Shown here piece by piece: positions 25,527-35,779 of a stretch of DNA of 64,000 nucleotides. This DNA comes from an uncultured bacterium (GTDB lineage: Bacteria > Patescibacteriota > Patescibacteriia > Patescibacteriales > UBA12465). Position 1 is the stretch's first letter. Every line of letters starts with the position of its first letter. A program made the translations under genes and the position numbers. A model generated the notes under the pieces. It did not search any database, was not told the DNA's origin, and worked only from the letters and a program-made list of their open reading frames with translations. Location: positions 665,159-729,158 of the forward strand of contig OW818634.1 of assembly GCA_942492765.1 (NCBI GenBank), read 5' to 3'.

Positions 25527-27224
25527 ATGAATATATATATATTGGAAGGCCTAAAATCGAAAATAGCCGCCGCCCTTGATCTAGAAAGAGCGAATTTTTC
25601 TTATCCGCCGAAATCCGAGCTGGGAGATTTGAGTCTGGCTTGTTTTGAATCGGCCAAAAAGACCCAACAGAATCCGGCTGAATTTGCAGCCGCTTGGGCA
25701 GCCAAACTGAAAGAGAATAAGGAGCTCCAGGAATATTTCACAGATATCAAGGCCGCTGGGCCCTATCTTAATTTTTCCATTTCTCCGGAATATCTAGCCG
25801 CTGCAGTCATCGGAGCGGCGAGGAAGGCGAAGTCCGCTTACGGATCGAACAAGAGCGGCCAAAGCCAGAAGGTCATGATAGAATATTCTAATGGCAATAC
25901 CCATAAGGAGTATCATGTCGGACATCTGCGCAACATCTCTTATGGCGACGCTGTTAATCATCTGCTCGCCGTCAACGGCTACGCGTCCATCCCGGTATCC
26001 TATATTAATGATTTTGGCATCCATGTCGCTAAGACAATCTGGAATTGGCGGAGAAATCCGCAATATCGGGAGAGCCGAGAGGATAAAGGCTATCTGTTAG
26101 GAAAATGCTATGCCGAAGCGAGCCAGCTTTTAGCCGACGACGCTAAAGGCAAGGCCGAAGTCGGCCAGATCATGAAAGAGATCGAAAGCCGTTCGGGCGC
26201 TGATTATGAATTGTGGCAGGAAACGCGCCAGTGGAGCTTAGATTATTTCTCTTCCATATATAAGGAGCTGGGAGTCAGGTTCGAGGAGACGTTCTATGAG
26301 AGCGCCGTCATCGCTAACGGCTTGAAACTGGTTGAGGATCTGAAAGGTAAAGGAATCTTACGCGTAAGCGAAGGCGCCCTGATCGCTGATCTGGAAAAAT
26401 ATGATCTCGGCGTCCTGCCGATAATCCGTTCGGATGGAACAGCGCTTTATCCGGTGGCTGATTTGAGCCTAGCTTCAGAAAAATTCAAGAGATATGAACT
26501 GTCGCGCTCTATCTATGTCGTTGATGTTCGCCAGAGCCTTTATTTTAAGCAGCTTTTCAAGATCATCGAGCTCATGGGCTACGAGCAGCCCTTAGTCCAC
26601 CTGACCTATGACTTCGTGACTCTGCCCGAAGGCATGATGTCTTCGCGCACCGGCAACGTTATCACCTATAAGGAATTGCGCGATAAGCTTCTGGCTAAAT
26701 TATCAGAAGAAACCGCTTCTCGTCACCAGGATTGGACAGCTGGACGAATCAAGGAAGTCGCCCTAGCTCTGACTATCGCGACTATCAAGTTCGAAATGCT
26801 TAAAGTCAGCGCTGATAAGATCATTACCTTCAATATAGAAGAGGCGGCGCGCTTTGACGGTTATACGGCTTGTTATTTGCAATACGGTTATGCTAGATTG
26901 AAGAGTATCATTCGCAAGGAAGGTTTCCATTTCGGCGCGGCCGACCTAAGCTGCCTGAAAGAGGCGAAAGAGAAAGAATTATTAATGAAGATGGCTAAAT
27001 ATCCCGAAATAGTCGCCGCGGCCGGAGCTAAGTATAATCCGAGCGAAGTCGCTAAATATCTGTTTGAACTGGTCCAGCTTTTCAGTGATTATTATCATGA
27101 GATCAATATCCTGAAAGCGGAGTCAAAGACTAGGAAAGCGCGTTTAGCCCTGATTAAAGCTTTGGCGCAGATACTGCATAACGGTTTTGATATTCTAGGG
27201 CTTAAAGCCTTAGAGGAGATGTAG
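25527..27224 (+). CDS. argS: Arginine--tRNA ligase
   Basis: 'YSNGNTHKEYHVGHLRN' HIGH-type motif, 'SSRTGNVI', DALR-type anticodon-binding C-terminus ending in Met. Confidence 0.9.
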   Translation: MNIYILEGLKSKIAAALDLERANFSYPPKSELGDLSLACFESAKKTQQNPAEFAAAWAAKLKENKELQEYFTDIKAAGPYLNFSISPEYLAAAVIGAARKAKSAYGSNKSGQSQKVMIEYSNGNTHKEYHVGHLRNISYGDAVNHLLAVNGYASIPVSYINDFGIHVAKTIWNWRRNPQYRESREDKGYLLGKCYAEASQLLADDAKGKAEVGQIMKEIESRSGADYELWQETRQWSLDYFSSIYKELGVRFEETFYESAVIANGLKLVEDLKGKGILRVSEGALIADLEKYDLGVLPIIRSDGTALYPVADLSLASEKFKRYELSRSIYVVDVRQSLYFKQLFKIIELMGYEQPLVHLTYDFVTLPEGMMSSRTGNVITYKELRDKLLAKLSEETASRHQDWTAGRIKEVALALTIATIKFEMLKVSADKIITFNIEEAARFDGYTACYLQYGYARLKSIIRKEGFHFGAADLSCLKEAKEKELLMKMAKYPEIVAAAGAKYNPSEVAKYLFELVQLFSDYYHEINILKAESKTRKARLALIKALAQILHNGFDILGLKALEEM

Positions 27225-27261
27225 AAGGCGGGTATAGCATAAAAATAAAGATTGAAAATAT

Positions 27262-28650
27262 ATGAAGAAAAATGCGGCTGATAATTCAATGGATAAGATA
27301 ATCTCTCTCTGCAAGCGGCGCGGATTCGTCTTCCCGTCTTCGGAGATTTATGACGGCTTCGCGGCAGTTTATGATTTCGGCCCTTATGGCGTCGAGCTGG
27401 CGAATAACATCAAGAAGGAATGGTGGAAGGCGATGACGCAATTGCGCGATGATATCGTCGGATTGGATTCGGCCATCTTCATGAGTCCGAAAATCTGGGA
27501 GGCATCAGGACACGTCAAAGGTTTTTCCGATCCGCTGACCGAATGCCGCAAATGTCACGCTCGTCTGCGACTCGATACTTTATTAGAAGAAGCCGGCATC
27601 TTCGCTGACGAGAAGATGACTGAGGATGAGATCAATATCATCTTTGAAAATAATAGAGGCAAGATAAAATGTCCGAATTGCGGCGCTAATGATTTTACTC
27701 CCGGCCGCAAGTTCAACCTGCTAGTCCAATCTAACTTAGGAAACTTTACCGGCGATTGGACTAAGGAGCCGACTTATTTGCGCGGCGAGACCTGCCAAGG
27801 CATCTATGTTAATTATAAGAACGTCCTTGATTCAGCTCGCGTGAAGATGCCTTTCGGCATCGCGCAGATCGGCAAGGCCTTCCGCAACGAGATTACGGCG
27901 CGCCAGTTCATCTTTCGGACGCGCGAATTCGAACAGATGGAGATGCAGTATTTCGTGAAGCCCGGCGATGATATGAAATATTTCGAGGAATGGAGAGAGG
28001 CCCGCTGGAAATTTTATCTGGACTTAGGGATAGATCCGAAGAATCTGAAATGGCATAAGCATGAGAACCTGGTCTTTTATGCGAAAGAAGCCTATGACAT
28101 CGAATATAATTATCCCTTCGGCTTCAAGGAGCTCGAGGGCGTCCATGCTCGCGGCGATTATGACCTGACTCAGCACTCTAAGCATTCCGGCCAAGATCTG
28201 AATTACTTGGATCCAGCGACGAACGAAAAGTTCACGCCGCATGTCGTCGAGACCTCTGCCGGAGTCGGCCGCACTTTTTTGGCGGTGCTGACTGAGGCCT
28301 ACAAGGAAGAAGAATTAGAAGGCGAGACCAGGATAGTGCTCAAGCTCATGCCGAAGCTCGCGCCGATAAAGATCGCTGTTTTTCCGCTCCTGAAGAATAA
28401 GCCGGAATTAGTCGGCAAAGCGCGCGAGATATTTGATCAGCTTAAGCTGGCTTGGCGCTGCGAGTTCGATGATAACGGCAATATCGGCAAGCGTTATCGC
28501 CGCCAAGATGAGATTGGCACGCCTTATTGCCTCACGGTCGACTTCGATACTCTGGAAAATTCGGAAGTGACGGTGCGCGATCGCGATACTATGCAACAAG
28601 AGAGAATTAAGATATCGGATTTGGAAAATTTTTTCCGCTCTCGGATATAA
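27262..28650 (+). CDS. glyQS: Glycine--tRNA ligase (dimeric alpha2 type)
   Basis: 'LCKRRGFVFPSSEIYDG', motif 2 'FRNEITARQFIFRTREFEQMEMQYF', motif 3 region 'SAGVGRTFLAVL', anticodon domain 'IKIAVFPL'. Confidence 0.9.
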   Translation: MKKNAADNSMDKIISLCKRRGFVFPSSEIYDGFAAVYDFGPYGVELANNIKKEWWKAMTQLRDDIVGLDSAIFMSPKIWEASGHVKGFSDPLTECRKCHARLRLDTLLEEAGIFADEKMTEDEINIIFENNRGKIKCPNCGANDFTPGRKFNLLVQSNLGNFTGDWTKEPTYLRGETCQGIYVNYKNVLDSARVKMPFGIAQIGKAFRNEITARQFIFRTREFEQMEMQYFVKPGDDMKYFEEWREARWKFYLDLGIDPKNLKWHKHENLVFYAKEAYDIEYNYPFGFKELEGVHARGDYDLTQHSKHSGQDLNYLDPATNEKFTPHVVETSAGVGRTFLAVLTEAYKEEELEGETRIVLKLMPKLAPIKIAVFPLLKNKPELVGKAREIFDQLKLAWRCEFDDNGNIGKRYRRQDEIGTPYCLTVDFDTLENSEVTVRDRDTMQQERIKISDLENFFRSRI

Positions 28651-28689
28651 AACGCTAGCGGAGAAGCTCTTGTGAAGAGAAAAAAATAA

Positions 28690-28729
28690 AAAATCCGTCG
28701 CTCTCGGAATCGAGCGGCGGATTTTTTTG
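28690..28729 (+). terminator. Intrinsic terminator of glyQS
   Basis: AATCCGTCGCTC / GAGCGGCGGATT stem (one G-T pair), followed by T7 (about 28722-28728). Confidence 0.65.
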
Positions 28730-28748
28730 TCAGATGACGGAAAAACTA

Positions 28749-28777
28749 TTGCTACTTATTATAATAAGTTATATAAT
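28749..28777 (+). promoter_or_regulatory. Sigma-70 promoter for the small basic protein gene
   Basis: TTGCTA (28749-28754), 17 nt, TATAAT (28772-28777). Confidence 0.5.
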
Positions 28778-28847
28778 TAAGATAAGAGGAAGATTTTAAA
28801 AAATTAAAATAAATAAATCTAATTTATTTAAGAGAGGGGGTGATATT

Positions 28848-28985
28848 ATGAAAAAGAAAGCTGCTAAAAAAGCTGTTAAGAAAGTAGTCAAGAAGGCTAA
28901 GAAGGCGGTCAAGAAGACTGTCAAGAAAGTCGTCAAGAAGGCTGCTAAGAAAGCCGTCAAAAAGACTGCTAAAAAGAAAAGATAA
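28848..28985 (+). CDS. 45-aa Lys/Ala/Val-rich basic protein (histone H1-like low-complexity), not in supplied ORF track
   Basis: ATG at 28848 preceded by the strong SD 'AGAGAGGGGGTGA'. It translates to MKKKAAKKAVKKVVKKAKKAVKKTVKKVVKKAAKKAVKKTAKKKR and ends with TAA. It has its own promoter upstream and a hairpin terminator downstream. Confidence 0.7.
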   Translation: MKKKAAKKAVKKVVKKAKKAVKKTVKKVVKKAAKKAVKKTAKKKR

Positions 28986-29123
28986 TTTCTAAAGTTTATT
29001 TTAATCGATAAATTTTATTGATTTGAAAATTATACAGAAGCCGGCCTGCGGAATCAGGGCGGTTTTTGTATAAAGAAAAAGCCGTCTGATTTTTCAGGCG
29101 GCCTTTGTTCTAAAGAGATCGAC

Positions 29124-29696
29124 TTAGTCGACAAGTCTCATAATTCTTTCTATCTTTATGAACCTGTCGGTGCCGAAGATTTGCAATTGGCCGTCATCGG
29201 TGCCGATAGTGATTTCATATTCAGGCTTGGCTCCAGGTTCGGCCAGATAATAATCAAAGACGAAGCTTTGCTCATTCCGACTGAAATCATGTTTTACTCT
29301 CAGCCAGACATGAGCTAACACTTTTTTTCCGAGACTGTTCGCATCCATGTAGAAATTGCGGTAGACTTTTGCTTCGTTCATGAAGGTGAGGCTTCTACGA
29401 TAATGGGCCTCAACATCTATGATCGAGATTTCTTTGCATGTCGGATTGCTGGGCACTAAGCATTGGTGCGCTGGGCAGAATTTAATGCACTTGTCTTCTG
29501 CAGGCGGGACCTTGACTAGTACGTTCTTTAGCAACCCCTCAGTCTCCAGGATGGGCTGGTTAGTAAAGATAGAGTCGCAGAAGATAAGTCCTAATTCAGT
29601 CGCCTTAGTCTTGGCTAGTTGCACGAATTTTTCGCGCCCTTTAGCTACTGGAGTAATATTCAATTCTTTTCCGGTCTTCTTATTAATTACTACCAT
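29124..29696 (-). CDS. Hypothetical protein
   Basis: ATG ORF of 190 aa with a terminator-like hairpin just downstream (29076-29108). No motif recognised. Confidence 0.55.
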   Translation of the reverse strand: MVVINKKTGKELNITPVAKGREKFVQLAKTKATELGLIFCDSIFTNQPILETEGLLKNVLVKVPPAEDKCIKFCPAHQCLVPSNPTCKEISIIDVEAHYRRSLTFMNEAKVYRNFYMDANSLGKKVLAHVWLRVKHDFSRNEQSFVFDYYLAEPGAKPEYEITIGTDDGQLQIFGTDRFIKIERIMRLVD

Positions 29697-29838
29697 TGGT
29701 TTGGCCCTCCTACGGCCGTTTTGCTTTTATTTTTGGTTTATTATTCTATTTTTAATGAATATATTATTATATAACATTTATTAGTTTTTGTCAATACTTT
29801 AACTTTTCTTCATTTGGCCTTTGCTATATTTAGAAGAT

Positions 29839-30699
29839 ATGGAGCATAATAACAAAAAAGTGTTTAATATTGGCAAGAAAATATCATTAATTGTCTTATC
29901 GGCGTCCGGACTCATTTTGATGATTTTTTTCATTTTTTCTTACAAATCCGGAAGCGCGGAACTAGCCTTTTTAGATGTCGGTCAGGGAGATTCCGCGTTG
30001 ATCAAGACCCCTGACGGTCAGATCGTCTTGATAGATGGCGGACCAGATAATAAAGTTTTGCGAGGATTAGGAAAAAATATGCCTTTCTATCGCCGTCGGA
30101 TAGATTTTATGATTATCAGCCATTATCATGATGATCATATTGCCGGGCTAATAGAGATAATCAGGCGCTATCAGGTAAAAACTTTAGTTTACTCAGGGAA
30201 AGAGCCTGATAATCTCCTGATAGCTGAGCTATTAAGGATCGCCTCTGAGAATAAGATATTGCTGAAGAGCTTGGATAATCAGATGAATATATCGTTCAGT
30301 CCAGATTGCCGCCTGGATATATTGAACCCCGCCGCGCTTTATATAAAGGAAGACCCGAATAATTCTTTAGTTTCTCGATTAGATTGTAGCGGACAGAGAT
30401 TCTTGTTTGCCGGTGATAACGGATCGGCTGCGGAAAAGGCTCTTTTAGCTTCTGGCTGGACGCTAAAAGCCGATGTCTTTAAGGCGTCGCACCATGGCTC
30501 CAATACTTCCAATAGCGAGGATTTCTTGGAGGGCATTTCCCCGCGCATCATAATCGTTTCAGTCGGGCGGGATAATCGCTTCGGCCATCCCGGTACCGTT
30601 TTTCTAGATAGAGCTAGTAACTTAGACATTCCGTACAAAAGAACCGATATCGAAGGAAATATCAAGTTTTTGCTAAATAAAATGCTTAATAATAACTAA
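29839..30699 (+). CDS. ComEC/Rec2-type metallo-beta-lactamase domain protein (MBL module only, TM anchored)
   Basis: 'FLDVGQGDSALIKTPDGQIVLIDGG', 'ISHYHDDHIAGL', 'FKASHHGSNTS', 'RFGHP' as in the ComEC C-terminal domain. One N-terminal TM. ATG at 29839. Confidence 0.75.
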   Translation: MEHNNKKVFNIGKKISLIVLSASGLILMIFFIFSYKSGSAELAFLDVGQGDSALIKTPDGQIVLIDGGPDNKVLRGLGKNMPFYRRRIDFMIISHYHDDHIAGLIEIIRRYQVKTLVYSGKEPDNLLIAELLRIASENKILLKSLDNQMNISFSPDCRLDILNPAALYIKEDPNNSLVSRLDCSGQRFLFAGDNGSAAEKALLASGWTLKADVFKASHHGSNTSNSEDFLEGISPRIIIVSVGRDNRFGHPGTVFLDRASNLDIPYKRTDIEGNIKFLLNKMLNNN

Positions 30700-30786
30700 A
30701 AAACTAGCGATATTTGGTTGACCAGACGAAGCCTGTCTGTTATAATGAAGATAAGGTTTTAGAGCCTATTTTTATTGATTACCTAT

Positions 30787-31443
30787 ATGATTATTACCTG
30801 GCAAGGGCATTCCTGCTTCAAGCTCCAAGATAAAGTCGGCACTGACGGCGTGACTGTTGTGACTGATCCGTTCAGCAAAGAGATCGGATTGAAAGCGGAA
30901 TTGAAAGTTCCTAATTTTGAAGCAGACATCGTGACGGTTTCGCACCAACACGCTGACCATAATAACGTGGAAGCTTTGCGCGGCAACCCTTTCGTAGTCG
31001 ACTGTGCTGGCGAATATGACTTCAAGGGCGTGCTAATCGAAGGCATTGATTCCTATCACGATGAGAAAGAAGGCGCGGAGCGCGGCGGCAATATTATCTA
31101 TCGCATTGAGATTGATGATATTTCTGTAACGCATCTCGGCGATTTGGGTCATGTGCTCAATGACGCGCAGATTGAGAAGCTCGCTGGCACTGATATCTTA
31201 TTGATTCCGGTCGGCGGCCCTAAAGCGCTGGACGCTAAGAAGGCCGTCGAAGTGATCTCTCAGATCGAGCCGCGCATCGTTATTCCGATGCATTATAAGA
31301 CGAAAGACAGTAAGCTCGAACTTGATTCGGTAGAAAAATTCGTCAAAGAGATCGGCCTGACTCCGACTTATGAAGAAAAATTAAAAATTTCTAAGAAAGA
31401 TCTTCCCAGTGAAGATATGGAACTAGTAATATTAAGCATCTAA
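30787..31443 (+). CDS. UPF0173-type MBL-fold metal-dependent hydrolase
   Basis: 'MIITWQGHSCFKLQ', 'VTDPF', 'VTVSHQHADH', 'IPMHY'. ATG at 30787. Confidence 0.75.
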   Translation: MIITWQGHSCFKLQDKVGTDGVTVVTDPFSKEIGLKAELKVPNFEADIVTVSHQHADHNNVEALRGNPFVVDCAGEYDFKGVLIEGIDSYHDEKEGAERGGNIIYRIEIDDISVTHLGDLGHVLNDAQIEKLAGTDILLIPVGGPKALDAKKAVEVISQIEPRIVIPMHYKTKDSKLELDSVEKFVKEIGLTPTYEEKLKISKKDLPSEDMELVILSI

Positions 31444-31447
31444 AATT

Positions 31448-32050
31448 ATGATCAACCCGAAAAAAGAAAAAACTTTCGTAATCCTTAAGCCTGATGCCGT
31501 CCAGCGCGGCCTGATCGGCGAAACCATCAAGAGGATAGAAAACACCGGCTTGAAGCTGGTGGCCTTGAAGTTAGTCATGGCAACCGAAGATCAGTTATGG
31601 AAACATTATAATAAGGATGACGCCTGGTTCATGAAGAAGGGCGAGCGCACTATTGAAGAAAGGAAGGCGGCCGGCATGCCGATTGAAAAAGAACCGATTG
31701 AATATGGCAAGGATATTATTCGCGCTTTGGTGAAATTCATGAGCTGCGGCCCGATTGTTCCGATGATCTGGGAGGGAAATCAGGCGGTCGGCATCGTCAA
31801 GAAGATCGTCGGCGCGACTGAACCCTTATCTTCTGACGGCGGCACTATCCGCGGCGACTATACTTTAGACTCTTATGAACTAGCGAGCCTTGATGAGCGC
31901 GCCGTTCGTAACTTGATCCATTGTTCCGATCCGGTCGCGGATGCAGAGCGCGAGATTCCGATCTGGTTTACGCCTGAAGAGATCTTAAAATACCGCTTGA
32001 TCGCTGAACAGATCCTGTACGACATAAATCTCGACGGAATAATGGAATAA
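31448..32050 (+). CDS. ndk: Nucleoside-diphosphate kinase (long form with internal insertion)
   Basis: 'TFVILKPDAVQRGLIGE', 'GATEP', 'GTIRGDY', and active-site 'NLIHCSD'. About 200 aa versus the usual ~140-150. Confidence 0.8.
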   Translation: MINPKKEKTFVILKPDAVQRGLIGETIKRIENTGLKLVALKLVMATEDQLWKHYNKDDAWFMKKGERTIEERKAAGMPIEKEPIEYGKDIIRALVKFMSCGPIVPMIWEGNQAVGIVKKIVGATEPLSSDGGTIRGDYTLDSYELASLDERAVRNLIHCSDPVADAEREIPIWFTPEEILKYRLIAEQILYDINLDGIME

Positions 32051-32076
32051 TCCAGAGTCGAGCCAATAAGATATAT

Positions 32077-32577
32077 ATGAACGAAACAGAGAAGAAAAAG
32101 ATTTTCATGATGCGCGTCATCATCGGCAGCGTCGCTTTTATTATTTTGATTCTCTGGGCTTTCAATCTGAAGAATGTCTGGCAAGACGGTCGGAAAGACA
32201 ATAAATACTCTAATGAATGGACGGGTCTCAAGAGCGAATTAGAAAAGACTCTAGCCGAGGCCCAGGCTAAGCTCGATAAGATCGAAGAGGAGAAAGTAGC
32301 CGCGGAAAAGAAGACTAGCGCTGAATTCATGGCTGGTTTGCTGGCAGGAGCGGTCAAGAATGCTTCTTCTTCGGCGCTGACCGCGACGTCTTCGGCCGCG
32401 ACGGCGACCTCATCCCCGACAGGATCTAGCTCGTCTGCTAATCCCGGAACTAAAGCTTCTACGACTAAGCCGTCCGCCGGTTGTCCGGAATATATAGATT
32501 GTATGCCTACTGTCGGCGCTGCCAAAGCTTGCGTCGTGCCGCTCGGATGCGAAGGAATAACTATTATCGCTTACTAA
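32077..32577 (+). CDS. Membrane-anchored hypothetical protein with Ser/Thr/Ala-rich linker
   Basis: N-terminal TM '[16 protein letters not shown]', a coiled segment, an S/T/A low-complexity stretch, and a Cys-containing C-terminus. It fits the plus-strand operon spacing (ndk, this gene, gyrA). Confidence 0.55.
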   Translation: MNETEKKKIFMMRVIIGSVAFIILILWAFNLKNVWQDGRKDNKYSNEWTGLKSELEKTLAEAQAKLDKIEEEKVAAEKKTSAEFMAGLLAGAVKNASSSALTATSSAATATSSPTGSSSSANPGTKASTTKPSAGCPEYIDCMPTVGAAKACVVPLGCEGITIIAY

Positions 32578-32587
32578 ATTTTTCTTT

Positions 32588-35113
32588 ATGCCTAAAACTG
32601 AAAAAGAAAAACCTAAGAATACTAACGAAGAACCGACAGGAGCTGTCGCTAATCTGCGCAAGAAGACCGAATACGGTATTGTTGAAGAACAGCCGATAGT
32701 CGATGAGATGGGCCGGTCATATCTGGAATACGCGATGAGCGTCATCGTTTCCCGCGCCTTGCCGGACGTTCGCGATGGCTTGAAACCGGTACATCGCCGC
32801 ATCCTTTACGCGATGTGGAATATCGGTCTGAAAGCGAATGCGAAGTTCCGCAAGTCCGCGACCGTCGTCGGCGAAGTGCTCGGTAAATACCATCCGCACG
32901 GCGACAGCGCGGTCTATGAATCAATGGTCCGCATGGCTCAGGATTTTTCGATGCGCTATCCGCTTGTCCGCGGCCAAGGAAACTTCGGTTCCATGGACGG
33001 CGATAACGCGGCGGCCATGCGTTATACTGAAGCGAAATTGGCAGCCGTGGCTGAGGAGATGCTTTTTGATATTGATAAAGATACTGTCGACTTCATTCCT
33101 AACTATGACGGCAGCCATAAGGAACCGCGCCTCCTGCCTTCTAAATTGCCGAATTTATTATTGAACGGCACGATGGGTATCGCAGTCGGCATGTCAACTA
33201 ATATCCCCCCGCATAACCTGCGCGAACTCGCTGATGCGATTGATCATCTGATTGAGAACCCAGAAGCGAGCGTCGAGGATCTGATGCAATTCGTCAAAGG
33301 CCCTGATTTCCCGACTGGCGGCATTATTTATGATAAGAAAGAGATCCTAGCCGCTTATGCGACCGGCAAGGGCGGCATCGTCGTCCGCGGCAAGGCTGAT
33401 ATCGAAGAAGAGAAGAACGGCGGCTTCCGCATCATCGTTTCCGAGATTCCTTATCAGGTCAATAAGGCCGATTTAGTTGAAAAGATCGCCGATCTCGTCA
33501 GAGAGAAGAAGATCGAGGGCATCAAGGCTCTGCGCGACGAATCCGATAAGGATGGCGTCCGCATCGTCATGGAACTCAAGAAAGATTCTTATCCTAAAAA
33601 GATACTTAACAGCCTATATAAGCACACTTCCTTGCAGACAACCTTCCATCTCAACATGTTGGCGCTCGTCGACGGTATCCAGCCGAAGGTTTTGACCCTG
33701 AAGATGATTTTGGAAGAATATATCAAGCATCGCCAGGAAGTCGTCCGCCGCCGCACTTTATTCGATCTGAATAAGGCGAAGGACCGCGCCCATATTTTAG
33801 AAGGCTTGATGATCGCGCTTAAGAATATCGACGAAGTCATCAAGACGATTAAGGCTTCTAAGGATAAGGAGATCGCTAAGGCTAACTTGATGAAGAAATT
33901 CAAGTTATCTGAAAGGCAAGCTGTCGCCATCCTGGAGATGCGTTTGCAGAATTTAGCCAATTTAGAGCAACTGAAGATAGAGGAAGAATTGAAAGAGAAG
34001 ATGAAGCTCATCAAGGAACTCGAGGCGATTTTGAAGTCAGTTGCCAGGATGAGAGCTATTGTCAGAGATGAGCTCAAGGTCTTAGCTGATAAGTTCGGCG
34101 ACGAGCGTCGCACGACCGTGGTCGTCCACGGCATTAAGGAATTCAGCATGGAGGACTTAGTTCCGAATGAAGAAACGGTCGTCATGATGACTCGTGACGG
34201 CTATATCAAGCGCTTAGAGCCGGACACTTTTAAAGTTCAAGCAAGAGGCGGCAAAGGCGTCATGGGGCTGACTACCAAGGAGGAAGATACTGTCGAATTC
34301 ATGTTTACTTCCCAGACGCATAACGATGTCTTATTCTTCACGACTAAGGGCCGTGTCTTCCAGCTCAAGGTTTATGAGATTCCGCAAGCTTCCCGCGTCG
34401 CCAAGGGTACGCCGGTCGTCAATTTCTTGCAGCTCATCGGCGGCGAGCAGGTTTCTTCGATCCTGCCTTTGGATAAAGCGGTCTTCAGCAAATATTTATT
34501 CTTCGCGACTGCCCAAGGCTTAGTCAAAAAGACTGAGCTGAGCGCTTTTGCCAATGTCCGTCGCAGCGGCCTGATCGCTATCAAGATCGGCGAAGGCGAT
34601 AAGCTGATCTGGGTCAAGCCGACTTCAGGCAGCGACCACATCCAGCTGATTACGGCCAAGGGACAAGCGATCCGCTTTAAGGAGACCGATGTCCGCGAGA
34701 TGGGCCGCGGCGCCGCTGGCGTCCACGGCATCAGATTGCACAAGGACGATACCCTCATCGGTGTCGGCATCGCTAAGACTGATAAAGAGAAGAAGCGTAA
34801 TTATCAAATACTTACTATAATGGCTTGCGGTTTTGGCAAGCGCACGGATTTTTCTGCCTATAAGGTTCAGGGGCGAGGCGGCAGCGGCATCAAGACAGCT
34901 AAAGTCACCGATAAGACCGGCGATATCACTAATGCTTTCTTGGTTAATGCTGATAATATGGATGATCGCGATCTGATCGTCATCTCCGAGCAAGGCCAGG
35001 TCATCCGTACCCCGTTCAAATCAGTCAGCGTTCTCGGCCGCGATACTCAAGGAGTCAGAATCATGAGATTCAAGGAAGAAGGCGATAAGGTTGCCGGAGT
35101 CACTTGGGTATAA
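32588..35113 (+). CDS. gyrA: DNA gyrase subunit A
   Basis: '[13 protein letters not shown]', QRDR '[20 protein letters not shown]', catalytic Tyr in '[10 protein letters not shown]', and C-terminal beta-pinwheel repeats. Confidence 0.95.
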   Translation: MPKTEKEKPKNTNEEPTGAVANLRKKTEYGIVEEQPIVDEMGRSYLEYAMSVIVSRALPDVRDGLKPVHRRILYAMWNIGLKANAKFRKSATVVGEVLGKYHPHGDSAVYESMVRMAQDFSMRYPLVRGQGNFGSMDGDNAAAMRYTEAKLAAVAEEMLFDIDKDTVDFIPNYDGSHKEPRLLPSKLPNLLLNGTMGIAVGMSTNIPPHNLRELADAIDHLIENPEASVEDLMQFVKGPDFPTGGIIYDKKEILAAYATGKGGIVVRGKADIEEEKNGGFRIIVSEIPYQVNKADLVEKIADLVREKKIEGIKALRDESDKDGVRIVMELKKDSYPKKILNSLYKHTSLQTTFHLNMLALVDGIQPKVLTLKMILEEYIKHRQEVVRRRTLFDLNKAKDRAHILEGLMIALKNIDEVIKTIKASKDKEIAKANLMKKFKLSERQAVAILEMRLQNLANLEQLKIEEELKEKMKLIKELEAILKSVARMRAIVRDELKVLADKFGDERRTTVVVHGIKEFSMEDLVPNEETVVMMTRDGYIKRLEPDTFKVQARGGKGVMGLTTKEEDTVEFMFTSQTHNDVLFFTTKGRVFQLKVYEIPQASRVAKGTPVVNFLQLIGGEQVSSILPLDKAVFSKYLFFATAQGLVKKTELSAFANVRRSGLIAIKIGEGDKLIWVKPTSGSDHIQLITAKGQAIRFKETDVREMGRGAAGVHGIRLHKDDTLIGVGIAKTDKEKKRNYQILTIMACGFGKRTDFSAYKVQGRGGSGIKTAKVTDKTGDITNAFLVNADNMDDRDLIVISEQGQVIRTPFKSVSVLGRDTQGVRIMRFKEEGDKVAGVTWV

Positions 35114-35153
35114 TCGCCTAAAAACAAAAATATATTTTTGGTTTCAATAATCT

Positions 35154-35591
35154 ATGTCAAAATTTCTCAAGGAATTTAAAGAATTTGCCGTTAAGGGCAA
35201 TGTCGTGGACTTGGCCGTCGCCGTTATCATTGGCGGTGCCTTTGGCAAGATTGTCTCATCCCTAGTCGCCGATATCGTCATGCCGCCGCTCGGAATCCTG
35301 ATGGGCGGAGTGAATTTTTCTGATATCAAGATCGTCCTCAAAGAAGCCTTGATGGCTGGGGATACTGTTATCAGGCCAGCGATCACCCTTAATATCGGAA
35401 TATTCTTGCAGAATGTCCTTGATTTTCTCATCATCGCCCTGACCGTCTTCGTAGCGATAAAGATTCTAGGCAGAGTTAAGAAAAAATTGGATGCCACGCT
35501 TCGGAATGAAAAGGCGATTGAAGAAAAGGCCGCCCCGCTTACTAAAGATCAGGAAATATTGTTAGAGATTAGGGACCTATTGAAGAAGTAG
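35154..35591 (+). CDS. mscL: Large-conductance mechanosensitive channel
   Basis: '[41 protein letters not shown]', the canonical MscL TM1 region. Confidence 0.92.
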   Translation: MSKFLKEFKEFAVKGNVVDLAVAVIIGGAFGKIVSSLVADIVMPPLGILMGGVNFSDIKIVLKEALMAGDTVIRPAITLNIGIFLQNVLDFLIIALTVFVAIKILGRVKKKLDATLRNEKAIEEKAAPLTKDQEILLEIRDLLKK

Positions 35592-35618
35592 AAGATATTT
35601 TTATACAAGACAGTTTAT

Positions 35619-35648
35619 AAAAATCAGCTGGAGCCAGCTGATTTTTGG
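35619..35648 (+). terminator. Intrinsic terminator of mscL
   Basis: AAATCAGCTGG / CCAGCTGATTT stem followed by a T-run. Confidence 0.65.
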
Positions 35649-35779
35649 TTTAATTGGCAGAGCTCTTCTCAGTCAGCAAGCATATTTACAATTTAGTTGA
35701 TAAGTGGTAATGTATCTTGAACACAAAAAGCTCTTTTAAAACAATAATATTATTCCGATATTAACTAAATCAGTAAGCC

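Noticed and set aside
24252-28650. Three consecutive aminoacyl-tRNA synthetase genes (tyrS, argS, glyQS) as a special system, or T-box leaders upstream.
   Set aside because: The intergenic leaders are too short (19-90 nt) for T-box riboswitches, and I saw no specifier or T-box motif. The clustering is ordinary operon compaction in a small genome.
28851-28980. Repetitive AAG/AAA-GCT/GTC DNA that could be mistaken for a tandem repeat or mini-array.
   Set aside because: The periodicity is at codon level and imperfect, and it sits inside an intact ORF with an SD and a promoter. There are no spacer-repeat units. I saw no CRISPR array anywhere in the window.
31968-32525. Minus-strand 185-aa ORF opposite 32077-32577.
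   Set aside because: The plus-strand ORF has an ATG, a clear TM anchor and operon-like spacing between ndk and gyrA. The minus-strand product is Ala/Ser/Leu shadow sequence.
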